From the NCBI GenBank assembly GCA_963789265.1, contig CAWBKB010000005.1, positions 736,001-800,000 on the forward strand: a stretch of DNA of 64,000 nucleotides. Direction: 5' to 3'. The stretch's first letter is position 1. Each line of letters begins with the position of its first letter. Shown piece after piece: positions 9,594 to 21,959 of this stretch. This DNA comes from an uncultured delta proteobacterium (GTDB lineage: Bacteria; Desulfobacterota; Desulfomonilia; Desulfomonilales; Desulfomonilaceae). The position numbers were made by a program, and so were the translations under genes. The notes below the pieces were generated by a model. That model saw only the letters and a program-made list of their open reading frames with translations, did no database searches and was not told the origin of the DNA.

Positions 9594-11304
9594 TTATGTC
9601 AGAATCATTTCCGTCAGTGAGACACCTGAAGGGACCATTGGATAAACGCCCTCTTCACGCTCGACGACAAAGTCCATTATCACTGGACCGGGCGTCTCCA
9701 AAGCTCGCCTTATCGTGGGTTCCACCTCGTCCGTGGTCCGAGCGCGGAGGCCGAGGGCGTCATAGGCCTCGGCAAGCTTGATGAAATCGGGTGCGACCTG
9801 TATGTCGGTATGTGCGCAAACGTTTTCGTAAAAGCGCTCCTGCCATTGTCGAACCATTCCCAGATAACCGTTGTTCAGAATCGCTATCTTTATTGGCAGT
9901 TTGTACCTGTGCGACAGTTGCCAGCTCTTGGATATTCATTTGAATTGAACCATCACCAGCGATGTCTATCACCAATTTGTCGGGAAAGGCAATCTGGGCT
10001 CCGATTGCGGCCGGGAATCCGTAACCCATGGTGCCAAGGCCGCCGGACGAGAGAAATGTTTCTGGGCTCATCAAATAGGTAGTACTGTGCAGCCCACATC
10101 TGGTTCTGGCCGACTTCGGTAGTAACGATAGCACGGCCCTGTGTCAGTTCGTAAAGTTTTTCCACAACATACTGCGGTTTGATAGTTTCGGAGGTTCTAT
10201 CGAAGCGCTGTCGTTGTTCATTTCGCCAGACAGCAAGTTTGGCATGCCAACTTTTTAGACGTTTCCGGTCCTTCTCGGAATGGCCGCGCTTCTTTAAAGC
10301 CTCGATAAGCTTGATTAGAGCCTGCCGCGCATCGGCGACAATGGGAATGTCCACGGCCACGTTCTTCTGGATAGAGGCGGGATCTATATCCACATGAATG
10401 ATCTTGGCCTCGGGCGCAAACTCTTCGATCTTCCCGGTGACCCTGTCATCGAAGCGCGCTCCGATGGCAAAAAGCAAGTCAGAGTTGTTGACCGCCATAT
10501 TGGCACGGTATGTTCCGTGCATTCCGAGCATTCCGAGAGACAACGGATGCGTACCCGGAAAGCAGCCAAGCGCCATTAAAGTCATGGTTACGGGAAAGCC
10601 GGTCATTTCAGCGAGGGTTCGAAGCTCTGCATGAGCGCCGGCGGTGATGACACCGCCCCCAGCATAGATTACCGGTCTTTGGGCCGTTGCCATAAGCTCC
10701 GCGGCTCTCTTAATGGAGAAGGAGTGGGGCTCGAGTGTGGGTTTGTAGGTAGGAATGTCAACATGATCGGGATACTTGAAAACACCGGGGGCTTGCAGCA
10801 CATCTTTAGGTAGGTCCACGAGTACCGGCCCGGGGCGTCCCGTAGTCGCGATTGCGAAAGCTTCTTTGATGGTGCGGGACAAGTCTTCGACGCAGTTTAT
10901 CAAATAGTTGTGTTTGGTGCAGGGTTCTGGTAATGCCGACTATGTCTGCTTCCTGAAATGCATCGTTACCTATAAGGGGTGTAGGGACTTGGCCTGTGAA
11001 TACGAGGTACAGGGATGGAATCCATGTAGGCGGTGGCAAGTCCGGTAACCGTGTTGGTTCCTCCGGGGCCGGAGGTAACCAGGCACACGCCGGGTCTGCC
11101 CGTGGCTCGAGCGTAGCCGTCTGCCGCGTGGACTGCGGCCTGTTCGTGGCGGACAAGTATGAACTGAAAATCGTGAGGAAAGTGGCGTACCAAGGCGTCG
11201 AAGATATCGATGACCGCACCTCCGGGGTATCCGAAGATTGTGGTCACTCCTTCCTCTTTCAAGGATCTTAAAAGGATGTGGGCTCCGTTTATTGTCACTA
11301 TCAT
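9594..11304 (-). CDS. ilvB: Acetolactate synthase large subunit, split by about four frameshifts (likely sequencing errors)
   Basis: Consecutive fragments in different frames: FGYPGG/RHEQ/TSGPG; GQVP...DAFQE; GRPGPV...RFDDR; GLGTMG...GDGS; GMVRQWQ...VYPMVP. Shifts near 11010, 10922, 10055 and 9905. Confidence 0.9.
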
Positions 11305-11347
11305 TCCAGTCAGTGGAGCAGGTACTTCTTTTGGGGCCGGACTTTGA

Positions 11348-11575
11348 TCACTCTCTTTGGCGGAGTCTCACAAGAATGCGTTCGAGCTGATCCCTGCCTT
11401 TCAATTTCTTCTTCTGAAGGGTCTTGCGCTCCAACTCTTCGGTTGGGGAGAGGTAAACTCTTCTATTGAATGAATCCAGTTGTTCCTCGAATTCAAGGTG
11501 CTCCCGCCATAGCCTTTTGAGCTCGGGGTCTTCGTCTTGCCATGCCGCGATCAGATCCAAGTCTTTCTGTTCCAT
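11348..11575 (-). CDS. DUF465/YdcH-like small coiled-coil protein
   Basis: MEQKDLDLI...EHLEFEEQL...[12 protein letters not shown] pattern; ATG at 11575 lies downstream of a sigma70 promoter. Confidence 0.75.
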   Translation of the reverse strand: MEQKDLDLIAAWQDEDPELKRLWREHLEFEEQLDSFNRRVYLSPTEELERKTLQKKKLKGRDQLERILVRLRQRE

Positions 11576-11620
11576 CTGAACGCCCTTTTTGTTAGATCTT
11601 TGCGAGTTTTTTGCTAGTTT

Positions 11621-11649
11621 TTTATACGCGGGGAGGGAAGATTTGTCAA
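11621..11649 (-). promoter_or_regulatory. Sigma70-type promoter for the DUF465-ilvB-ilvN-psd operon
   Basis: Minus strand TTGACA-17 bp-TATAAA. Confidence 0.75.
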
Positions 11650-11738
11650 TAATGTACGGTATTGAGCGCGGTTCTGCTGATGGTACAATAAACGAGAAAA
11701 TGGGAGCATAAATGAAGAAGGCCGTACAAAAGGCCGTA

Positions 11739-11754
11739 TGTTTCACGTGAAACA
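11739..11754. promoter_or_regulatory. parS centromere-like site (ParB binding)
   Basis: Exact consensus TGTTTCACGTGAAACA inside a perfect 24 bp palindrome (11735-11758), intergenic. Confidence 0.9.
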
Positions 11755-11793
11755 TACGACCCTCTCGTCGAATAATTACGGGATAATGAGGGG

Positions 11794-12222
11794 CTACTGA
11801 GTTGCAGGGGCCTTTTCTCCCGCGTGTGCAGGCACCTGGGCCGGAGGGGCACTGGGCTCCTTGGGAACCGACTCAGACCGCGAGGCCTTCCCCGAGGACT
11901 GAGGGACCGCAGAAGAAGGGGCCGGCTTTGTCGTCGTCGCAGCGGGCGCCGACTGTTCCGTTACGAGGGAACGCTCAGTTCCAGTAATGCCCTTCCCCGA
12001 AAAATATGTAAGAATTATCGACGTCACCATGAACACGACGGCTGCCCCTATTGTCACCTTGCTCAGAAAAGTCGAAGCCCCGGTGCTGCCAAACACGGTT
12101 TGGCTGGATCCTCCGCCGAAAACCGCTCCAATATCCGCGCCCTTACCGGACTGCAAAAGAATGAACAGAATCAGTGTTAAGCACACTATAATATGAACGA
12201 TAAGCACCAACGTTGTAAACAT
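11794..12222 (-). CDS. secG: Preprotein translocase subunit SecG
   Basis: ILLQSGKGADIGAVFGGGSSQTVFG motif; canonical position after tpiA. Confidence 0.93.
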   Translation of the reverse strand: MFTTLVLIVHIIVCLTLILFILLQSGKGADIGAVFGGGSSQTVFGSTGASTFLSKVTIGAAVVFMVTSIILTYFSGKGITGTERSLVTEQSAPAATTTKPAPSSAVPQSSGKASRSESVPKEPSAPPAQVPAHAGEKAPATQ

Positions 12223-12243
12223 ACGGCTATCCTCTCCAGGCTC

Positions 12244-13006
12244 TCAAGAGCCTTCTCTAATTATCCCAAGAAAATCGTCCAGATTCAAGGAGGCTCCGCC
12301 TACGAGACCACCATCGATGTCTTCGCAGCTCATGAGCATGCGGGCATTGCTCGGTTTGATGCTGCCCCCGTAAAGTATCCGAGCGCCCTCGGAAAACCCC
12401 CTGGGCGACATGTCAGCCAACTCGTTTCGCAGGAATCCATGAACTTCCTGGGCCTGTTCCGGCGTTGCCGTCCGGCCTGTCCCTATCGCCCACACAGGCT
12501 CATAGGCGATGACAAAGTATTCCGGGTCCGGCAGTGTGACTCCTGTTAGCCCTGCCGTCAACTTTCGCTTCACAACATCGAAAGTTTCTGCCGCCCCCCC
12601 GCTCTTCCAGTGTTTCTCCCAAACAGAATATAGGAATCAGACCGCTCCTCAAAGCCGCCTTAATCCTCCGGTTCACGGTCTCGTCCGTTTCGCCGAAGTA
12701 CAGCCGCCTTTCCGAATGTCCGATGATAACGTGACTACAGCCACACTCCTTTAGCATGGCTCCCGAGACTTCACCGGTGAACGCGCCCTGATCCTCCCAG
12801 TGCAAGTTCTGCCCGCACACTTGAATAAACGTCCCCTCGGCCTCCTTCACAGCAGCCGCTATCGACGTGAAAGGCGGTGCTACAACAACCTCGCAGGCCG
12901 GCTCGTTGCTTTGCAGACCCACGAGCAATTCCCGGACAAAGCGGGCAGCTTCGTTTGAGGTCTTATGCATCTTCCAATTACCGGCGATGATTAGTTTACG
13001 CGTCAT
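12244..13006 (-). CDS. tpiA: Triosephosphate isomerase, one frameshift near the C/G run at ~12595
   Basis: [21 protein letters not shown] in one frame; [22 protein letters not shown] in the next. Confidence 0.93.
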
Positions 13007-13077
13007 CGCAAAGCAGCCCTTTCTGGTTTTCGGCCCTACGGGGGGCCTGGCGTGCGTGTCCGAAAGTCTGCAAGAGC

Positions 13078-14268
13078 TTAGGATGTCTCCAAGGCCGCGA
13101 CTCCCGGCAACGTCTTGCCCTCCATGTACTCCATGAACGCCCCACCCCCGGTGGAAACGTAAGAAATCTTGTCTGCCACCCCGGCCTGTTTGATCGCCCG
13201 GACCGTATCCCCGCCGCCTACAACGGAAAATCCCGACGCAGAGGCCACAGCCTGTGCAGTTTTCATGGTACCGTGCTCGAAAGCCTCGATCTCGAACACA
13301 CCCATAGGTCCGTTCCATACGATCGTGCCGGCTTTACGCACCTCCCCGGCAAAGCGATCCACTGTTTCGGGTCCGATATCCAAAGCCATTTCGCCCTCGG
13401 GAATACCCGACGCCGCGACAACCGCCGTGTCAACCCCGGACTCCATCTTTCCGGCGACGACGACATCGGAAGGCAGGACAAACGCGCACTCTCCTTTTCG
13501 GGCTGACTCCAAAATCTCAGAAGCAGTGCCGATCATGTCTTCCTCAACCGAAGACCCCCCGGTGACTAAAACCCTGGGCTCTTAAAAATGTATTGGCCAT
13601 GCCGCCACCAATCAGCACACAGTCCATCCGCTGAAGAATATGGCGCAAAACTTCAAGCTTATCCGAAACCTTAGCACCCCCGAAAATGGCAACAACCGGT
13701 GTAGTGGGATTAGAAAAAGCCTTATCCAGACTCTCCAGCTCCTCTTTCATCAGCAAGCCGGCAGCCTTTTCTCGGACGAGTTCCGGAACTCCAACAGTAG
13801 ACGCGTGGGCTCTGTGTGCGGGACCCGAACGCGTCATTCACGTACACATCCGCCAGCGAGGCAAGTTCGGCGGCAAACTTTGGGTCGTTTCTTCGTCTCC
13901 TCCTCGTGAAATCTGAGATTCTCCAGCAAAAGGACCGCTCCGTCGGTAAGAGAAGCCGCGGCATCCTGAGCTTGTTTGCCCACGCAATCGTCCACAAACT
14001 GCACCTTCAGTCCCAGAAGCGATTCGAGATGCGCCGCCACCGGACGAAGGCTCAGCTCAGGTTTTCTCTCGCCGTTGGGCCGACCGAGGTGGGAAGCCAG
14101 TATGGACTTTGCCCCCTGCTCGATGGCGTAACGGATCGTGGGTAGGGCTCGCCTTATCCGTGTGTCATCCTTGATCTTCCCCGATTGATCCAGTGGCACA
14201 TTGAAATCAAAACGGAAGAAAACGCGCTTCCCGCGGATATCAACGTCCCGAACACTCTTTATCGACAT
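13078..14268 (-). CDS. pgk: Phosphoglycerate kinase, about three frameshifts
   Basis: [54 protein letters not shown], spread over successive frames. Confidence 0.92.
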
Positions 14269-14355
14269 TCCATACCCCTGCCTTCACATGGTATCATTTT
14301 CCCACGCGCAGAACACTTGCAAACCCCGTCCCCCAGCGCCGGCAAGAATTCCGAA

Positions 14356-15366
14356 TCAGCTTAACCTCTCCCCGACGTAAGCAGCCAGGTCAACCAGCCG
14401 AGCGGAGTAACCGGACTCATTATCGTACCATGCTAGTACCTTGGCCATGTCGCCGCCGATGGAGAAGGTCGAGAGTGCGTCAAAAATTGACGAATATGTG
14501 CTGTTCACGAAATCGCTACTGACCAACGGCTCGTCAACATAGGCAAGGAATCCCTTCATTCTGCCTTCCGAGGCCTTCTTCATGGCTGTGTTAATTTGTT
14601 CGACGGTGGCGCCCCTGCTTAAGGTGACCGTCAAGTCCACCAGAGAAACATTCGGGGTGGGAATTCTGATTGCCTGCCCGTCCAGTTTGCCTGCCAGTTC
14701 GGGGATGACCAACCCTACAGCCGAGGCAGCTCCGGTTGTGGTTGGAATTATATTCATGGCCGCGGCTCTAGCCCGTCGATAATCCTTGTGCACGGTATCC
14801 AGAAGGCTTTGGTCCATTGTGTAGGAATGTATGGTCGTCATAAGCCCCTTTTCAATCCCAAATTCGTCGAACAAAACCTTGGCCACCGGTGCAAGGCAGT
14901 TGGTCGTGCAAGAGGCGTTGGAAATCACGTTATGTGTCAAGGGATCGTATGTTTCTGCATTTACCCCAAGAACAAATGTCCCGTCTATATTTTTGCCGGG
15001 TGCGGAAACGATAACTTTCTTGGCTCCGGCCTGAATATGTTTCGCGGCTTTTTCGCGGTCGCGGAAGATACCGGTACACTCCAGCACCACGTCTACTTTC
15101 AAATCGGCCCATGGAAGCTTGAGAAGGTCGTCTGTAATTCTCAAGGCATGGATTTGTTTACCGTCAACCACTATAGTGTCCGGCGTATGCGAGACCTCAC
15201 CGGGATAGCGTTGGTGAACCGAGTCGTGAGTGAAGAGAAAAGCCATCAGGTCCGCGTCCATCCTGTCATTGATGGCTACAACATCCACCTTTGGATTGGA
15301 GAGGGCATTTCGCATCGTAATCCGCCCGATGCGTCCGAACCCATTGATAGCAATTCTAACCGCCAT
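14356..15366 (-). CDS. gap: Glyceraldehyde-3-phosphate dehydrogenase (type I)
   Basis: INGFGRIGR, SNASCTTNCLAP, WYDNE; start at the MAVRIAING ATG. Confidence 0.95.
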   Translation of the reverse strand: MAVRIAINGFGRIGRITMRNALSNPKVDVVAINDRMDADLMAFLFTHDSVHQRYPGEVSHTPDTIVVDGKQIHALRITDDLLKLPWADLKVDVVLECTGIFRDREKAAKHIQAGAKKVIVSAPGKNIDGTFVLGVNAETYDPLTHNVISNASCTTNCLAPVAKVLFDEFGIEKGLMTTIHSYTMDQSLLDTVHKDYRRARAAAMNIIPTTTGAASAVGLVIPELAGKLDGQAIRIPTPNVSLVDLTVTLSRGATVEQINTAMKKASEGRMKGFLAYVDEPLVSSDFVNSTYSSIFDALSTFSIGGDMAKVLAWYDNESGYSARLVDLAAYVGERLS

Positions 15367-15496
15367 AATTTTCCTCCGGTCGCATTTTTCAAAGACCAAA
15401 CTGAGATTAGTACATTTTTGCATCGCCGTCAATCGTGAATAGTATGGAGTTTCCTTAAGAAATCAGGCAAATCTGTAAAGAGAGTGAGAGGCGCGG

Positions 15497-17597
15497 ATGT
15501 CATCATGCATTTACGTAACCGGTGCGGAACCCTGGAGCGGTAAGTCTGTTGTGGTGCTCGGCCTTATGGAGTGGCTCTGGCATCAAGGGCGGACGGTCGG
15601 CTTTTACAGGCCGGTCATCGTATCGGAAGATCAGCCGGACAGACTTATTCACCTGATACTATCCCGCTACGGTTCCCGGTTCCCGTACACGGCAATGTAC
15701 GGATGCACGCACGAACAAGCGCTCGACCTAGTTGGTGATGACAATCAGGACAGACTGTTCGAATTAATCCTCGACAAGTACAAAACCCTGGAGCAGCAAT
15801 GTGACGCGGTGGTCTGCGTGGGCACCGATTCCTCGGGTGTGCCGTTACCGTTCGAACTCGGTTTCAATGCAGAGATAGCATACAATCTTGGCTGCGGCAT
15901 TATTCCTGTTCTCGCAGGTCGCGACAAAACGAGGCATCAGATCGTGGATGCGATGAGGGTTGTAATCGAATCCCTGCAGCAACGACGATGCGATGTCCTG
16001 GCTGTGATTGCCAACCGGATATTTCCTCAGAGCGTTACAGAGCTTACGGAAGAACTGCGGACTTCCATTCCCAGCGGGATTCTATGCTATGTGATAGCCG
16101 AAACCGGGATCCTGGGAAAGCCAACGATCGCCGAGATTGCACAAGCTCTTCAGGCACAGTCCTTGAGTGGCGAGGCGGAGAGCCTGAATCGCACGGTCAC
16201 GAAGTTCAAGGTCGCAGCTATGGAATTGCCCCAATTTCTGGATCATGTTGAAGAGGGAGACCTCATTATCACGCCGGGAGATCGATCGGACATAATTCTT
16301 GGGTGTCTGGCCGCCGAAGCTTCCACATCGTATCCGCATATTGCGGGCCTGCTCCTGACAGGAGGGCTAAAGCCTGCCCCCCAAGTCCGTCGCCTCATCG
16401 AGGGATTAGCAGGAGCCTCGGTTCCGATACTATCGGTAAAAACGGATACATATACAACTGCAACCGACGTCGGCTCCGTGAAGGGAACTCTCATCGCGGA
16501 AGATACGAGGAAGATCTCTGCGGCTCTGGGTATCGTAGAGGCGAGCGTCCGTTTTGACGAACTGCAAGAACGCCTTGCGGTAACTCGTTCTCACCTAGTC
16601 TCACCTTTGATGTTTGAATACGAATTGATTCAGCGCGCCCGAGGGGACCGCAAGCATATTGTATTACCTGAAGGATCCGACGAGCGCATCCTGAGAGCAG
16701 CCGAGATCCTACTGCTGCGAGACGTGGCCCATCTTACTCTGCTCGGAAATCCGGAGAAGGTAAGGCAGAAGATCAGTTCGCTGGGGATGGAACTCGAAGG
16801 GGTTAATATCATTGACCCCTCGGATTCGCGCGTCCGGGAGCTCTACGCCCGCACTTATTATGAGCTACGAAAACACAAAGGGGTGTCGCAGGAAATGGCC
16901 TTCGATGCGGTGGCCGACAGGTACTTACTTTGGCACCCTGATGGTTTATCACGGTCACGCGGACGGGATGGTGTCCGGGGCCACCCACACCACCACCCAC
17001 ACCATTCGGCCGGCATTTGAGATAATCCGCACCAGTCCAGGGGTTTCTATCATTTCTAGCGTGTTCTTCATGTGTCTTGCAGATCGCGTGCTCGTCTTCG
17101 GAGACTGTGCTGTGAATCCTGATCCGAACGCGGAGCAATTAGCCGACATAGCAATCCGTTCGCTTGAGACCGCCGAAATGTTTGGTATCGAGCCGTATGT
17201 CGCGATGCTGTCATATTCCACCGGCGAATCCGGCAAGGGTGCAGACGTGGAGAAGGTGCGAGCAGCCACTTCCATTGTGAAGGAACTGCGTCCCGACATA
17301 AAGGTCGAGGGACCGATCCAGTACGACGCGGCCATTGACGTCGGAGTCGCCAGAACTAAGTTGCCCGGAAGTGAGGTGGCCGGTCATGCTACCATATTCA
17401 TCTTCCCCGACTTGAACACAGGCAATACCACGTATAAGGCCGTCCAACGCTCGGCCAACGCGGTCGCCATAGGTCCGGTGTTGCAGGGGCTTAAAAGGCC
17501 AGTGAACGACCTAAGCCGCGGCTGTACCGTGACCGACATCGTCAATACCGTCGCAATAACCGCGATTCAGGCCCAAGCAATCCCGGAGTCCACATGA
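15497..17597 (+). CDS. pta: Phosphate acetyltransferase (long class with DRTGG domain), one frameshift near 16920
   Basis: N-terminal P-loop/DRTGG ([13 protein letters not shown]); C-terminal [29 protein letters not shown]. Confidence 0.92.
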
Positions 17598-18814
17598 AAG
17601 TACTGGCGTTCAATGCAGGAAGTATTTCCATCAAGTACCAGCTCTTCGACATGACCGATCAGTCGGTACTCGTGGCGGGAATCTTAGAAGGAATCGGTCG
17701 AACAGACAGCCGGCTAAAGCATCTTAGGCGAGACAGCAAAGGAGATTTTAAGGAACACATCCGCGAGGAGCCGGTAGCCAATCATCAAGACGGATTCCGC
17801 ATTATCAAGGATTTTCTCTCTGACCCTGACAAAGGGTGGGACCTGAGCGATCTCTTCGGAATCGGGCACCGTGTCGTGCACGGCGGGGAGGCTTTTCAAG
17901 AACCAGCCCTCATCAACGACGAGGTCATTTCCGACATTAAGGCAATGATCCCGCTGGCCCCTCTCCACAATCCGGCCAGTTTAATAGGAGTTGAGGTGGC
18001 GCGCGATCTATATCCCGATGTGCCGCAGGTTGCTATATTTGACACCGCTTTCCATCAGACCATGCCGCCTCATGCTTTCCACTACGCGGTGCCCCATGAC
18101 TTCTACGAGCGTTATCAGGTTCGGAGGTACGGATTCCACGGAATATCGTATCAGTATGTGGTTAAACGGGCCGCGGCAAACCTCAACAAGCCTTTGAAAG
18201 AGTTGAATGTCATTACTCTGCACCTTGGAAACGGCGCCAGCGCAGCAGCGATACAGGCAGGCAGAAGCATAGACACGTCAATGGGCATGACCCCGCTTGA
18301 AGGTCTTGTCATGGGAACCCGGTGTGGCGATCTCGACCCGGCAATCCCCGGGTATCTTGCCCGGCAGATGGGAAAGACATCCGACGAGATCGATGCGCTA
18401 CTGGAACATCAGAGCGGACTTAAGGGACTCTGCGGGACCAGCGACATGCGTGAGCTGGCGCGCAGGGCGGAATCGGGAGATCCGCTCGCCTCACTTGCAT
18501 TGGAGATGTTTTGTTATCGAGTGAGAAAATATATCGGCGCGTATTTCGCTGTATTGGGACAGGTGGATGTTATAGTTTTTACAGGCGGGATAGGAGAGAA
18601 TTCTCAAGCGGTTCGCCGGGGTTGTCTCCAAGGTCTGAGTTGCCTGGGAGTCGAGATGGATGAAGGGCGCAATCAGGCTCCTATCAACGGCCCCACCGAG
18701 ATACAATCAGACCGCTCTCGGGTAAAGGTGCTTGTGATCCCAACGAACGAAGAGCTTCAGATTGCCATCGAGACCGTTGAGTGCATCCGGGGTGAAACCC
18801 GCGAGAAAAGTTAA
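17594..18814 (+). CDS. ackA: Acetate kinase
   Basis: [47 protein letters not shown]; overlaps the pta stop. Confidence 0.95.
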   Translation: MKVLAFNAGSISIKYQLFDMTDQSVLVAGILEGIGRTDSRLKHLRRDSKGDFKEHIREEPVANHQDGFRIIKDFLSDPDKGWDLSDLFGIGHRVVHGGEAFQEPALINDEVISDIKAMIPLAPLHNPASLIGVEVARDLYPDVPQVAIFDTAFHQTMPPHAFHYAVPHDFYERYQVRRYGFHGISYQYVVKRAAANLNKPLKELNVITLHLGNGASAAAIQAGRSIDTSMGMTPLEGLVMGTRCGDLDPAIPGYLARQMGKTSDEIDALLEHQSGLKGLCGTSDMRELARRAESGDPLASLALEMFCYRVRKYIGAYFAVLGQVDVIVFTGGIGENSQAVRRGCLQGLSCLGVEMDEGRNQAPINGPTEIQSDRSRVKVLVIPTNEELQIAIETVECIRGETREKS

Positions 18815-19013
18815 GGCCGGTCCGGAATCAACGCGTCAGGCATGGCATTCTAAATCAATTGCCGAAGATTTTCCTGGAGGATAACTCTGGACTCTGTTCC
18901 CGGGGCAGCACCGACTTCCCCGCCGGGGAATGAGCTTTTGGCCGCCTTTCAATGAGTACGAGGGACCGAGTAGGGCGGCCTGTGGCCGTCACTTGCGTCG
19001 GGCATGGCCCGAC

Positions 19014-21587
19014 CTACTCCCGAATCGTAGACCTGGCGTTTCGCCATCTTTCAATGAGCAGCAACAAAGCCGGTAAAGTCACCAAAGTCAGGGGAACTGA
19101 AGCCATCATCCCGATGACCATAGTCCGCCCGAGGAAGTTCAAAGAGGACCGTTGGGAGGTGAGCATCGACACAAAGCCCATTGTAATCGTGAGAGAAGTG
19201 ACCATAGATCTGGGGGTTACTCTGGCTACTGTTCGCGCCACCGAGCCCCCCGCCTCATGAAGGCTCCCCATTACCACATGTATTCCGTTGTGGATCCCAA
19301 AGCCAAAGATCAGAGGGGCAACACATACGATGGAGAAGGGCAACCCCATGTTTGTCAGACTGACAGCCCCTAAAGTGATGCTGAATCCCCCGATCATCGG
19401 AATCAAACAAAGGGCCACCCCGAGGGGATGGGGGAATATCACGAAAAAGACTGCAAGCACCAGCACAAACGCATAAGATCCTAATTTCACCAGCTCAGAC
19501 ACCATTGTGGACAACATGGCTTCCATGGCCTGCCGTGGCCCGGAAATGTCGATCCGTACCGGGAGATGACTCACAGCCGAGAGAATGACCCGGTCGGCTT
19601 TCATAAGTTCGTCAGGGTCCCGAACTCTGTCCGAGAGTCTTACGCGGGTGAGAAACCGGTATTTGCCATGGACTCTGGCGATATACCACGACTTTTCCAG
19701 ATCGGGAACGCCGTCTCCAGCACTCGATCCCCTGAGTTTAAGATTCTCAAGGATCTTGCGGATACCGTCAAACGATCGTGTCATCGTTCTGACCGAGGTT
19801 TTGGACAAATCAGAAGTCTTCAGTTTCGCTTCGAAGTCTGCTCGCAAAGCAGGCAACAATCGGACCACATCGGCAAGGCCGTTGATGTTCGCTTTTCTCA
19901 CCGCGTCCGGAGACAACAGATACGAGATAGAATCAAACGATGCGATTTCACGATGTTTGCCAATTAACTGCTCCAGGACGGTGTCGAGCTTCCTCTGAAT
20001 CGAAAGACCCTTTTGTAAGCTCTCCACATCAAAAGACAACAAAATCGGCTGAGAAAAATTTGAATGAAATCTGCGGGAAATTCGTTCCGACACGGCTACC
20101 GATTTCATACCCCCGGCCAGGAACACCTTGAAAAGGTCCTTTTCGTAAGAGACTCGGGTGGCAGCAACCATGCTCACAAGAATTAAGACGGTTGAAAATG
20201 CCACGATTGCTTTCGGCCGTCTCCGGAACAAGCCGGAAATGATCGCAAAGGAGACTTTAACTCCTGGAAAATAGTCTCTTTCTCGACTTGCCACTATCGA
20301 AAATAATGCCGGCACTAGAAGCAAGGTGGACCCCAGGGTTAGGGCAAGTCCGGTGGCCCCAAAGTAGCCGAATTGCTTGAGCGCGGGCTGCTTCGAAAGG
20401 CACAAGCAAAGGAAGGCAAGCATTCCCGTCAATCCCCCCAAAACAACCGGAGGTCCGGTCTGCGTATACGACTTCTCAAGTGCCTCGATTCTGGAGGAGC
20501 CCCGGTCAAGCTCTTCCCTGATTCGGCCCCATAAATGCTCCCCATATTCGGCGCCTAGACCGAGCAAAATACCTGTGGCCCCCATGACCACCGGATTCAC
20601 CTCGTTATAGCTCAGACAAATGACCCCGTAGCCTTGACCGATGCCCGCTACCAGGGGAGTCATCAGGATAGCGACCGACCAGAAGCTGCGGTAAACGAAC
20701 AGGAGCAGGCTCACTACCAGAGCAAATGAACAAAGGATGATCGTGTTTGTCTCGCGATCGAAAATAGCGTCCGATTCGTACTGAAAGGCAGTCTTTCCGC
20801 TCAGATACCATTCAATATCTCGTGCACTATCCCGAAGGCTCGGAATAGCCTTGGTCAGTTCTGAGATCTTTTCGGGAATTAGTTTATGCAACCGCGTTAT
20901 TAGTTCTTTGTCTCGAACGACGTCTGTGCTCGGGAAGTCCGGGGTGATTTGGACCAAATATAAGGTGCTGTCCGGACTTGCTATTAGTAAATAAGGATCT
21001 CCCAAGTTGAGCGAACCCACCCTTTTTTCCATCGAGCGAGTCACAAATTGACCGACCTCCAGTGGGTCTTCCAGGAGGCGTTCCTGCAACTCGGGGTTTT
21101 CGGTAAGAAAAAGTCGGTTACGGGTGCGTCTAAGCGCGCCGCTTATGCCCTTCAAGCTGAAGATCCGATGGATCTCTTCTCGCTCGCTTGCATTCATACC
21201 AAGCAGGAATCGTCGGAGTAGCTGGGCAGCTTGTTCACGATCATCCGGATCCATAAAGCGGTAACGCACCCTGTGCACCCCGGGGAGTGCAGATATTGAG
21301 TCTGCAAGGCCGCGAATGAACGGCAGGCAACTTTCACCCGGGGGCTCCGGGAACTCTAAGACAAGGATCAACGCATCCTGTTCTCCGAAAATTTTGCTGT
21401 TTTCCACAGTCAGATTTATTCTCGGATCGTCGCGCCCCACCCCGGACATGATATCGCTGCTCACCTTGATAAACGGCAAAGCACCAAAGCCGGCGATAGA
21501 AAGAACCGCGAATGCAGCAATAATCGCACGCGCATGGTTTCGTGAGAACCGGCTAATTTGAAGCAGACCCAGGACTAGGTATCGCAT
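19014..21587 (-). CDS. MMPL/RND-family membrane transporter
   Basis: Two repeats of a TM helix, large soluble loop and about five TM helices; 857 aa. Confidence 0.75.
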   Translation of the reverse strand: MRYLVLGLLQISRFSRNHARAIIAAFAVLSIAGFGALPFIKVSSDIMSGVGRDDPRINLTVENSKIFGEQDALILVLEFPEPPGESCLPFIRGLADSISALPGVHRVRYRFMDPDDREQAAQLLRRFLLGMNASEREEIHRIFSLKGISGALRRTRNRLFLTENPELQERLLEDPLEVGQFVTRSMEKRVGSLNLGDPYLLIASPDSTLYLVQITPDFPSTDVVRDKELITRLHKLIPEKISELTKAIPSLRDSARDIEWYLSGKTAFQYESDAIFDRETNTIILCSFALVVSLLLFVYRSFWSVAILMTPLVAGIGQGYGVICLSYNEVNPVVMGATGILLGLGAEYGEHLWGRIREELDRGSSRIEALEKSYTQTGPPVVLGGLTGMLAFLCLCLSKQPALKQFGYFGATGLALTLGSTLLLVPALFSIVASRERDYFPGVKVSFAIISGLFRRRPKAIVAFSTVLILVSMVAATRVSYEKDLFKVFLAGGMKSVAVSERISRRFHSNFSQPILLSFDVESLQKGLSIQRKLDTVLEQLIGKHREIASFDSISYLLSPDAVRKANINGLADVVRLLPALRADFEAKLKTSDLSKTSVRTMTRSFDGIRKILENLKLRGSSAGDGVPDLEKSWYIARVHGKYRFLTRVRLSDRVRDPDELMKADRVILSAVSHLPVRIDISGPRQAMEAMLSTMVSELVKLGSYAFVLVLAVFFVIFPHPLGVALCLIPMIGGFSITLGAVSLTNMGLPFSIVCVAPLIFGFGIHNGIHVVMGSLHEAGGSVARTVARVTPRSMVTSLTITMGFVSMLTSQRSSLNFLGRTMVIGMMASVPLTLVTLPALLLLIERWRNARSTIRE

Positions 21588-21841
21588 TTGACGTTAGTAC
21601 CAGCTCCTCAAAAATTAGAATAATTAACCAACGGCCATTATGCTCTGTCCGCCTGATCACTCTTTCGGACTAAGGAAGATTTTCGGAGAAATACGTATAT
21701 AATGTTGCGGTCCTATTTTCCAGCCGGTTTCCGGTGCACCATGACCTTCATCCTATGCAAGCGGCGCATCTTTGGCTATTCTGAAACAGAATAAGACGAA
21801 AGAACTTGTTTAGGGAGGTTTTCGTAAATACGGTCGCGGAT

Positions 21842-21880
21842 TTGGGTGCCACTGCCGGCTTGTCCAGCAGTGGCACCCAA
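21842..21880. repeat. Strong GC-rich hairpin (REP-like or terminator-like)
   Basis: TTGGGTGCCACTGC...GCAGTGGCACCCAA, 14 bp perfect arms in a divergent intergenic region. Confidence 0.55.
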
Positions 21881-21959
21881 CCAATGGCGATTACCCCCAC
21901 ACGAACTGGTATTTCGTGTAACCGTATTTAAGAAATAGAGTAATTAGGGAGGATACGTC

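Noticed and set aside
11576..11755. N-terminal extension MFHVKH... of the DUF465 ORF
   Set aside because: MFHVKH is the translation of the parS palindrome; the promoter and SD support the start at 11575.
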